From positions 1 through 51,344 of the forward strand of contig WJKP01000017.1 of NCBI GenBank assembly GCA_014729025.1: a stretch of DNA of 51,344 nt. The letters are read 5' to 3'. A program made the translations under genes and the position numbers. This DNA is from Candidatus Buchananbacteria bacterium (lineage in GTDB: Bacteria; Patescibacteriota; Patescibacteriia; CAIXNZ01). The notes beneath the pieces are model-generated. The model had not been told where the DNA came from. It saw only the letters and a program-made list of their open reading frames with translations, and searched no databases. Positions 44,413 to 51,344 of the stretch are shown here, one piece after another (position 1 is the first letter of the stretch; every line of letters begins with the position of its first letter).

Positions 44413-45391
44413 ATAATTGCTCAATTAATTCTTTTCTTTTGGCTTCAAATTTTTGCAAATAATATAAACGCCGATCATTTTCATGAAATTTAAGCATTTG
44501 ATCATTAATAATTACCCAGTTTTTTTCCCGAACAGAAATATCTCTTTTACTTTGTGACATTTTTTTATGCTGAATGTATTTGCTTATTTTTTCCAGCCAA
44601 TTACCCAAAACTCCTTGCCAAATCAATTGTTTGAATTTATAAATACTTTCACTAAATTTAGTATCTTCAACTTGATACCGATGCCCGACTTGTTTATCTT
44701 GATAATTAGGTAAATATTGTTTAAACCAATTATTGGCTTGTAAAAATTGGTTATGAAAATCATCACGTTCATAAACCGGGGATAAGGTTGCCAGCCAATA
44801 AATCAAATAAATATCATCAGGTACTATTTTTATCTGATTTAAATCCAAATTATCTTCAGTTAAATAAAAACTTAAACATAAACGGTCAGTAACTTTATGA
44901 CCATGACGTCTAATCCCCATTAAACTAAGCAATAAAGTAATAAAAAAACGACTAAAATATAATCGATTTTTACTGGTAATAATAAACAAATCCACATCAC
45001 TTTGCTTACGAGCATTAAAGTAAGCTAAATTATTACAAACCGCGACTAATTTAATAAACGGAAAAAATTTTAAAAATTTAACAGCTTTTAAAGCTATTTT
45101 AAATTTTTTATCGGCAATATTGTATTGCTGCAACCTTGTTTGAATAATCTGCCGGCGATTTTTTAAAAAATAAAAACCAGACTGACTGGTTATAATTTTC
45201 TTGAGTTTTGGATTATTTTCCAAATTATCTTTTATTTCTGGCAATGAATAATCAGCGCCTGACATGCCGCCGGTATATAAGTAATTATATATTTCCAATA
45301 AAGTCAATGGGTAATCAAAAACATCAAAATAAGCGACGGTATTAATAATAAATAATTCCAAAAATGATAAATCTTTAGTAAATGCTGACAT
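44411..45391 (-). CDS. hypothetical protein, possibly nucleotidyltransferase-fold
   Basis: 326 aa; QSDVDLFIITS resembles a Pol-beta-type NTase motif; weak call. Confidence 0.45.
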   Translation of the reverse strand: MSAFTKDLSFLELFIINTVAYFDVFDYPLTLLEIYNYLYTGGMSGADYSLPEIKDNLENNPKLKKIITSQSGFYFLKNRRQIIQTRLQQYNIADKKFKIALKAVKFLKFFPFIKLVAVCNNLAYFNARKQSDVDLFIITSKNRLYFSRFFITLLLSLMGIRRHGHKVTDRLCLSFYLTEDNLDLNQIKIVPDDIYLIYWLATLSPVYERDDFHNQFLQANNWFKQYLPNYQDKQVGHRYQVEDTKFSESIYKFKQLIWQGVLGNWLEKISKYIQHKKMSQSKRDISVREKNWVIINDQMLKFHENDRRLYYLQKFEAKRKELIEQL

Positions 45392-45452
45392 TTATTAAAT
45401 AATAATTTTTAATCTTACCAATGCCCAGTGCCTAATTACCAATACCTAATGC

Positions 45453-45773
45453 TCAATTAACTCTTTTACTAGTAATAGCCGGTTCTGTACCTTCCAGTTT
45501 ATTGACTTCTGGTTCGACTTTGGAAGTCAATTCTTTTGCCTTAATTACATTATCTTCAACAACCATTTTCTGATCATCAAAATTAATAATTTGTTCTTTA
45601 TTAATAATCAATTTATTTTCAAATAAACCTGTTAAAGAAAGCTTGGTTTTAACATGATATTTTTCAATGATACCGGTATCAGTTTCCAATTCAAAATCAG
45701 TAATCCTCCCCAAATATTCACAGGATAGAGTCTCGACTTCAACTTTTTTTAACTGTTTATTTTTAATAAGCAT
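45453..45773 (-). CDS. PRC-barrel domain protein (YlmC/YmxH-like)
   Basis: 106 aa; LGRITDFELETDTGIIEKYHV pattern. Confidence 0.55.
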   Translation of the reverse strand: MLIKNKQLKKVEVETLSCEYLGRITDFELETDTGIIEKYHVKTKLSLTGLFENKLIINKEQIINFDDQKMVVEDNVIKAKELTSKVEPEVNKLEGTEPAITSKRVN

Positions 45774-45776
45774 ATT

Positions 45777-46646
45777 TTATTGTTTATCCTTGCTTGTTTC
45801 AGTCTCTGTTGGCTCACTTGACTCAATTTGCTGGACATTTTCTTTTACTGTTTTTTCTGTATCATTATTAACTTCAATAATTTTATTTTCAGAGTCAGAA
45901 GATTCCCTTTTTTTCTCTTTATTGTTACGTTTAAACATCCATAATTGCTGCAAAGCCATTAATAAAGTAGTGATAAACCAATACAAGGTCAAACCGGCCG
46001 GTAAACTAATGCCAATAATAATGGTAATAAACGGCATAAAATAAACCATTTGTTTATTCATTATGGCCATCATTTTTTCATCGCCGGCTCCTTTGATTTC
46101 TTTACCTTTAATCATTGGCGGTTTACGAGTCATCATCATTTTAGCCTGCCAAAACTGTGAACCGCCAGCTAAAAACGCCAAAATAATACTTGGTACTGCC
46201 AAATCTGTGCCTAACAAAAAATTAGAAACAGAATCAATATGACCTGGATTTTCAATAAAAGGATACAAAATATTTAAACTTTCCGAATTTAAACCATGAC
46301 GAAAAACCTGAAAAACAGCAATTAAAAACGGGAACTGAACAAGTAAAGGCAAACAAGAAGAAAAAGGGTTAACTTTTTCTTCTTTGTAAAGCTGCATCAT
46401 TTCCATTGACATTTTTTCTTTATCGTCTTTGTATTTCTTTTTCAGCTCCTCAATTTTAGGCTGAATCTCCTGTAAAGCTTTTTGTGATTTAATTGACTGA
46501 TAATATAAAGGAAATAAAATTATTCTAATCGCTACTGTTAAAGCAATAATTGCTAAACCAATATCATTGCCCGGAATAATATTATAAAGCCAGATTAAAA
46601 AATTAAAAATCGGTTGATAAAAAATGAGATTATAGAGTTCGATCAT
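45777..46646 (-). CDS. yidC: membrane protein insertase YidC/Oxa1
   Basis: MMQLYKEEKVNPFSSCLPLLVQFPFLIAVF. Confidence 0.9.
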   Translation of the reverse strand: MIELYNLIFYQPIFNFLIWLYNIIPGNDIGLAIIALTVAIRIILFPLYYQSIKSQKALQEIQPKIEELKKKYKDDKEKMSMEMMQLYKEEKVNPFSSCLPLLVQFPFLIAVFQVFRHGLNSESLNILYPFIENPGHIDSVSNFLLGTDLAVPSIILAFLAGGSQFWQAKMMMTRKPPMIKGKEIKGAGDEKMMAIMNKQMVYFMPFITIIIGISLPAGLTLYWFITTLLMALQQLWMFKRNNKEKKRESSDSENKIIEVNNDTEKTVKENVQQIESSEPTETETSKDKQ

Positions 46647-46715
46647 AATATTAGCTTATAGCTAATAACATCTGGCTAATAGCTATGAGCTACAAGCCAT
46701 TTGCAATTAACCAAA

Positions 46716-48131
46716 TTATTTTTTAGTTTTTTTATCAGATTTGTCTGTTTTTTTAGCTGATTTAGCTTTTTTTGTTACTTTTTCAGCCTTTGGCTGATTT
46801 TTTTCTTTAGCTTCTTTTTTAGCAGACTTTTTTTCTGTTTTTTTAGTTTTTTTCTTCGTCTCTTTTTTTGCTGATTCTGTTTTAGCTTGTTTTTTACTAG
46901 TTGTTTTGGGCTCTTCTTCTGTTTGAGCTGGTTCTGCTTCCTTAGATTCACTTTTTTCTTCAAGATCTTCCGGTTTAGCTTCGCCCATTTCAACTTTTTC
47001 TTTTTCACCACTGGCAGTTTCTTTTAAAATATTAATTTTCCAGCCGGTTAATTTGGCTGCCAAACGAACATTTTGACCTTCTTTACCGATTGCTAAAGAA
47101 AGCTGATCTTCATTAACAGTGACAATGGCTGTTTTGTCTTCTTCATTAATCTCAATCGCAGCAACATTGGCTGGTGATAACGAATTCGTAATAAATTTTG
47201 CCGGCTCTTCATTATATTCAATGATATCTATTTTTTCACCGCCTAATTCATTAATAATAGTCTGAATTCTGGCACCGCGCTGTCCCACACAAGAACCGAT
47301 CGGGTCAATATTTTCTTGATTACTTTTTACTGCTATTTTGGAACGTGAACCGGCTTCTCTGGCTAAACCCATTATATCAATTGCCCCGGACGCGATTTCT
47401 GGGATTTCTGTTTCAAATAATTTCCTGATCATTCCGGCACTGGCTCGAGAAACAATTATTTCCGGACCTTTAATGGTTTGTTCAACCGAAACCAGATAAA
47501 ATTTCATGCGGTCACCAGGATTATATCTTTCGTGCTTAATTTGTTCTTCAAAAGGCAGTAAAGCTGCTGCTTTACCCAAATCAACCAAAAAGCCGCGCGG
47601 ATCACGTCTTTGAATAACACCAATAACCAATTGACCTTCTTTATCTTTATATTCATTAAATAATGTTTCTCTTTCAGCTTCTCGGATTTTTTGCACAATT
47701 ACCTGTTTGGCGGTCTGAGCAGCCATCCGACCAAAATCTTCGGGCACCTCCAAAGGCACAACCAATTCATCACCGACTTTAATGTTTTTTTTAATTTTCT
47801 TAGCGTCTTCCAAAAGAATATCTGTTTTGGGATTGAATTTTAATGGTTCTTCCTGGCTTTCAATTTCTTTGACAAATTTTTTATCACGACCGTTTTCATC
47901 TATTTCATCAATGATTTCCTGCGGGAAATCAACTACTGCTTTTTTATCATAAACTTTCATTTTACCGTCTTTTGGTTCAAATTCAAGAATAATATTTTGG
48001 TTTTTATCACCAAAATCCTTACGATAAGCAGCTGCCAAAGCCGAATTAATTGTCTCAGCAATAGCCTCTTCTGCCAGACCTTTTTCAGCAGCGATTTGTT
48101 TTATAGCTTGTTGTATTGTTTGTAAATCCAT
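46716..48131 (-). CDS. nusA: transcription termination/antitermination factor NusA with ~100-aa Glu/Lys-rich C-terminal tail
   Basis: NusA N-domain, S1 (GQLVIGVIQR) and KH (GSCVGQRGARIQ, AIGKEGQNVRLAAKLTGWKI) blocks; ATG at 48131. Confidence 0.9.
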   Translation of the reverse strand: MDLQTIQQAIKQIAAEKGLAEEAIAETINSALAAAYRKDFGDKNQNIILEFEPKDGKMKVYDKKAVVDFPQEIIDEIDENGRDKKFVKEIESQEEPLKFNPKTDILLEDAKKIKKNIKVGDELVVPLEVPEDFGRMAAQTAKQVIVQKIREAERETLFNEYKDKEGQLVIGVIQRRDPRGFLVDLGKAAALLPFEEQIKHERYNPGDRMKFYLVSVEQTIKGPEIIVSRASAGMIRKLFETEIPEIASGAIDIMGLAREAGSRSKIAVKSNQENIDPIGSCVGQRGARIQTIINELGGEKIDIIEYNEEPAKFITNSLSPANVAAIEINEEDKTAIVTVNEDQLSLAIGKEGQNVRLAAKLTGWKINILKETASGEKEKVEMGEAKPEDLEEKSESKEAEPAQTEEEPKTTSKKQAKTESAKKETKKKTKKTEKKSAKKEAKEKNQPKAEKVTKKAKSAKKTDKSDKKTKK

Positions 48132-48326
48132 AATTTTTATAAAATTTTTTAAAAAATAAACTAGTTTAAAATATATCAAACTAGCTTAATTTAAAGATAC
48201 ACTAGTTATTAATTATTGTCAAATAAAAATTTTGATTAATAAATAAAAGTCAAACTTGACGAAATTGCAAAAATCTGTTAAATTTTAATATTAAATGAAC
48301 TTTACCCAAAAAGGAGGGAAGCTAAA

Positions 48327-48776
48327 ATGGATAAGTTTAAAAAAACCATCAAATATATCCGTAATATCGTCTGGTTAAAACTGGGTTTGGATATTTTTAC
48401 TAGTTTGGTAATTCTTTATTTGATTGTACAATTTTTTCTCAATGAAACATTGAGCACACCGGAATGGATGCTGGATTTATACAAAATAGTCTTATCAACT
48501 TTTGTTTTTTCGCACGAAGCTTTTCGCTGGATCATCGGCCATGGCCGGGAAAAACACTATAGCTGGTATTTTGATCACGGCGAAATTTACGTGGTGGCCT
48601 GGATTTTGGCAGCTCTTTTTCTCTGGATTATGGAAGGTATTTTCCATTATCCTGAACCAAGTATGGTTATTGAGCTGACTATCTGGTCAGTCGGGGCTTA
48701 TGCCGCTTCTCGTATCAGTAAAGAATCTCACAAAGCTTTACAAAAACGAAAAAATAAACAAACTGATCAAGAATAA
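48327..48776 (+). CDS. 4-TM membrane protein, unknown function
   Basis: 149 aa; SD AAAGGAGGGAAG; terminator ATCCCC..GGGGAT plus T-run at 48782-48815. Confidence 0.55.
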   Translation: MDKFKKTIKYIRNIVWLKLGLDIFTSLVILYLIVQFFLNETLSTPEWMLDLYKIVLSTFVFSHEAFRWIIGHGREKHYSWYFDHGEIYVVAWILAALFLWIMEGIFHYPEPSMVIELTIWSVGAYAASRISKESHKALQKRKNKQTDQE

Positions 48777-48813
48777 ACTCAAATCCCCTGTGCTTTCATA
48801 GTGCGGGGATTTT

Positions 48814-49173
48814 TTAATAAATATTTTTATGATGACGAATCTGGGCTTTTTTATTAGCTTGATCAATCTCCACAGCCAAACAATCTATCCGCCAATTATC
48901 GTGGTTAATTTCTTCTTTCGCTAAATAAGTCAGAGCTGTCTGATATAATTTTTCTTTTTTATTCTGATCAATTGCTTCTTCTGGCAAACCAAATTTATTT
49001 GAAAGTCTGGTTTTGACCTCTACAAACACCAATTGTTTTTGATCAGCTAAAATCAAATCAATCTCACCTTCCGGACAATAATAATTTTCTTTGATTAATT
49101 GATAATCTCTATTAAGTAAAAATTGAGCAGCTAATTGCTGCCCAAATTTACCTATTTTTATCTTTTTATTCAT
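48814..49173 (-). CDS. yraN: YraN-family (UPF0102) endonuclease
   Basis: GEIDLILADQKQLVFVEVKTR. Confidence 0.8.
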   Translation of the reverse strand: MNKKIKIGKFGQQLAAQFLLNRDYQLIKENYYCPEGEIDLILADQKQLVFVEVKTRLSNKFGLPEEAIDQNKKEKLYQTALTYLAKEEINHDNWRIDCLAVEIDQANKKAQIRHHKNIY

Positions 49174-49181
49174 GAAATTAA

Positions 49182-49625
49182 TTATTTCTTTTTCTTTTTA
49201 ATACCGACCAAATACTTGTCTTTTTTCTGTTTTTGTTCCAATTCAGCCAATTGCTGGGGTATTTGAGTAAAATAATAACGCAATAAATAGCCCAACCAAA
49301 TAACACCAGTTATCAGCCAAATCAAGACCCAAAAACGTCCGCCTAAAATAGGAATGGCCTCATAACGAAAAAAGAAAATAAAAGTAAACGAGACCGCCAT
49401 AAACAGACAAAAACTGGCTGTTTTTTGCAAAAATTTTGCTTTAATAAAATTGCGTCTGGCAGTTAATCGTTTTTCAAAAAATTTACTTAAAAAATAAATC
49501 ACATAACTTACAAGTAAAACTAGCAGAAAAATTTTTTCAAATCTGGGCGACAGTTCACCTGGCCTGACTTCCAACCAAAACGGTATGGAAAATATCTTCC
49601 CCCAATCAATTCCTAAAAATACCAT
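49182..49625 (-). CDS. membrane protein, unknown function
   Basis: 147 aa, 4 TM helices, Lys-rich C-terminus. Confidence 0.5.
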   Translation of the reverse strand: MVFLGIDWGKIFSIPFWLEVRPGELSPRFEKIFLLVLLVSYVIYFLSKFFEKRLTARRNFIKAKFLQKTASFCLFMAVSFTFIFFFRYEAIPILGGRFWVLIWLITGVIWLGYLLRYYFTQIPQQLAELEQKQKKDKYLVGIKKKKK

Positions 49626-49662
49626 AAATCACTTGAATTTAATTATTAATAACAAATATTTT

Positions 49663-50214
49663 TTAACTTTTTGTAAAAATCAAACCCCAAAAATACTCGC
49701 CAAAATCTGTTTCTTCAACCAATTGCAAATTTAATTCCTGGGCAATTGCCTTGATTTCATTGGGATCAATTCGTAATGAAACTTCTGGACCAAAAGGTAC
49801 ACCGATTTTTTTCCAATCAACCACGATTAATTTACCGCCTGATTCAAGTAATCTTACTGCTTCTGTCATTATATCTTTACGATTTTTGTTTTGAAACAAA
49901 ATATTAATCAACAAAGCTACATCCAAACTTGCTTCCGGAATATTGGTTGCGCCGACTTTTTCCAAATTAGACCAAACAGTTTCTATATTGGTCAAACCAT
50001 CCAATTTCGCCTGGCTTTTAACACCTTCCAAAACCGATTTTTGAATATCTACCGCATAAACTTTACCCTCTTTACCGACTAATTTGGCGATAGGAATAAC
50101 AAAATAACCCAAATTACCGCAACCTAAATCAGCCACCGTCATGCCGGCTGTTATCTGACATTTATTAATCACCTCTTGAGGTTTAATAAATTGTTTTTCT
50201 CCTGGGTCAGGCAT
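49663..50214 (-). CDS. class I SAM-dependent methyltransferase
   Basis: Motif I VADLGCGNLGY; post-I VYAVDI. Confidence 0.75.
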   Translation of the reverse strand: MPDPGEKQFIKPQEVINKCQITAGMTVADLGCGNLGYFVIPIAKLVGKEGKVYAVDIQKSVLEGVKSQAKLDGLTNIETVWSNLEKVGATNIPEASLDVALLINILFQNKNRKDIMTEAVRLLESGGKLIVVDWKKIGVPFGPEVSLRIDPNEIKAIAQELNLQLVEETDFGEYFWGLIFTKS

Positions 50215-50232
50215 AATATTATAAATTATTTA

Positions 50233-50469
50233 TTAATTAGGTAAAATTGGCCCTAGCGCCCAATAAACAATGCCGCCAAATAAATTAAAAATCATAATCA
50301 ACCCAACAAAAATAAAAACCAATCCCAATAATTTAAAAAAACTGCGAGTGCTTCCTATTACTTTCTCTGCCCAGGCAATGCGGCCAATCGCCCGTAAAAA
50401 CCAATCGGTTTTTATAATCATTAAAATTCCAATAATTACTAAAATTGTCCCAAAGATTCTAAGTAACAT
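50233..50469 (-). CDS. 78-aa small membrane protein
   Basis: Three hydrophobic helices. Confidence 0.5.
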   Translation of the reverse strand: MLLRIFGTILVIIGILMIIKTDWFLRAIGRIAWAEKVIGSTRSFFKLLGLVFIFVGLIMIFNLFGGIVYWALGPILPN

Positions 50470-50622
50470 AATTATAAATAAAATAATTTAAATTATAAGC
50501 TTAAATATATAATAACAAAATTTAAAAACATTGCCAATAAATAAATTTGGGGGAAATAAATTTTTCTGTTATTATAATTATATAAGCTCAAAGCTTATTT
50601 TTAATTATTAACAATTAGTCAT

Positions 50623-50811
50623 ATGAAACCAGTTGTTAATCAAGAAGCTTGCATTGGCTGCGGTGCCTGTGAAGGTATTGCGCCGGAAGTTTTCAAACTA
50701 AATGACGGCAAAAGCGAAGTTATTGCTTTAGATGATTATAGCCAATATGAAGAACAAATCAAACAGGCTGTTGATTCTTGCCCTGTCCAATGTATTAGTA
50801 TTGAAGAGTAA
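50623..50811 (+). CDS. small single-cluster ferredoxin
   Basis: CIGCGACEGIAPEVF ... CPVQCI. Confidence 0.85.
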   Translation: MKPVVNQEACIGCGACEGIAPEVFKLNDGKSEVIALDDYSQYEEQIKQAVDSCPVQCISIEE

Positions 50812-50824
50812 TTTTTTCCAGATA

Positions 50825-50852
50825 AAAAAACGGCTAAAAAAGCCGTTTTTTT
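50825..50852 (+). terminator. rho-independent terminator
   Basis: CGGCT-aaaaa-AGCCG followed by T7. Confidence 0.75.
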
Positions 50853-50871
50853 ATTTTATATTTACCTATTA

Positions 50872-50900
50872 TTGACTTGCCCTTAACTTTATGCTATAAT
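50872..50900 (+). promoter_or_regulatory. consensus promoter TTGACT-N17-TATAAT for the tRNA cluster
   Basis: TTGACT 50872-50877, TATAAT 50895-50900. Confidence 0.65.
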
Positions 50901-50936
50901 TTTTTTATCATTTATAATTATTTATTCCGAGGACAA

Positions 50937-50954
50937 GCCGAGGTGGTGGAATTG
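50937..50954 (+). pseudogene. tRNA-Leu-like 5' fragment (acceptor 5' strand plus D-arm only)
   Basis: GCCGAGGTGGTGGAATTG matches GCTGAAGTGGCGGAATTG of the intact tRNA-Leu 55 nt downstream at 15 of 18 positions; no anticodon or T arm follows. Confidence 0.3.
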
Positions 50955-50991
50955 CCTGCCCGCAGAAATACTATGAAGGCGAGTAGACATT

Positions 50992-51080
50992 GCTGAAGTG
51001 GCGGAATTGGCATACGCGCATGCTTGAGGTGCATGTTCCCAAATTAGGGATTGAGGGTTCGAGTCCCTCCTTCAGCACCA
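50992..51080 (+). tRNA. tRNA-Leu (GAG), class II, CCA encoded
   Basis: Acceptor GCTGAAG/CTTCAGC, anticodon stem-loop CATGC-TTGAGGT-GCATG, long variable arm, T-arm GAGGGTTCGAGTCCCTC, then ACCA. Confidence 0.85.
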
Positions 51081-51134
51081 AGCAGGTTTCGGCTTTTGGC
51101 AGACAGGCAAAGCCTGTCCTTGGCACATAAAAAA

Positions 51135-51209
51135 GGGCGGTTAGCTCAGTTGGTTTAGAGCGTCTGGTTTACACCCAGAAGGTCATAGGTTCGAATCCTA
51201 TACCGCCCA
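51135..51209 (+). tRNA. tRNA-Val (TAC), CCA not encoded
   Basis: Acceptor GGGCGGT/ACCGCCC, anticodon stem-loop TCTGG-TTTACAC-CCAGA, T-arm ATAGGTTCGAATCCTAT, discriminator A. Confidence 0.9.
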
Positions 51210-51294
51210 CACTTCGCCCTTCACTCCGTTCAGGGCTCAGTGTGTCTTTCGACACCCTCGAGCGAAGTCATTGACGAACGTAGTGAGGAGGTGA
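51210..51294 (+). repeat. tRNA 3'-trailer element, copy 4 (after tRNA-Val)
   Basis: CACTTCGCCCTTCACTCCGTTCAGGGCTCAGTGTGTCTTTCGACACCCTCGAGCGAAGTCATTGACGAACGTAGTGAGGAGGTGA. Confidence 0.75.
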
Positions 51295-51300
51295 TAAATA

Positions 51301-51328
51301 ACTTCGTTAAGCCCTCAGTGTCTTTGAC
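51301..51328 (+). repeat. partial tandem trailer-element copy near the window edge
   Basis: ACTTCGTTAAGCCCTCAGTGTCTTTGAC matches the ACTTCGTTCAG..CTCAGTGTCT core; the window ends at 51344. Confidence 0.5.
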
Positions 51329-51344
51329 TCTTAAAATTATGACC

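Noticed and set aside
45412-45452. CCAAT-containing spacer (CTTACCAATGCC..CTAATTACCAATACC..) as another copy of the groESL-type leader
   Set aside because: It shares the TAATTACCAAT word but in the opposite orientation relative to the downstream gene, and it is not G-free in mRNA sense. There is not enough evidence to tie it to the leader family.

Overview
AT-rich, gene-dense 51.3-kb bacterial segment with roughly 85% of genes on the minus strand. TGA acts as a stop (opuAA/opuAB ATGA overlap at 8295-8298), so the code is standard. By inference only, the small housekeeping set, Lys-rich tails on core proteins, giant secreted proteins and mostly SD-less housekeeping genes resemble a CPR/Patescibacteria-type genome. 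Recognisable content: smpB-ssrA-infC-rpmI-rplT; an OpuA/ProVWX-type betaine ABC transporter; pgi, lgt, ppsA, pyk; groES-groEL with a CIRCE operator; an aspC-tyrA-pheA cluster; an O-antigen-ligase-like protein; yidC, nusA, yraN, a ferredoxin; tRNA-Asp, tRNA-Leu and tRNA-Val. Best candidate for something undescribed: a conserved 80-85 nt element with pairing-preserving substitutions. It starts at the base after the discriminator of tmRNA, tRNA-Asp and tRNA-Val, none of which encodes CCA. tRNA-Leu, which encodes CCA, lacks it. A fourth copy carries the last 7 nt of tRNA-Asp, giving an 87-nt direct repeat that brackets a 1-kb insert. That insert belongs to an array of small ORF cassettes next to tRNA-Asp that share a 17-nt upstream box and related terminator hairpins. 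Second accessory region: a 13-kb cell-surface locus (2479-aa repeat protein, 925-aa DUF2341/LamG/Gly-rich protein, LytR_C protein, 393-aa secreted protein). It lies between two RAYT-like HUH transposase genes, one embedded in an array of REP-like hairpins. Also noted: near-duplicate G-free leaders before groES and groEL, a split between SD-led and SD-less genes, and two orphan promoter-hairpin-terminator units. All calls are by eye from the sequence and ORF track; no searches were run.
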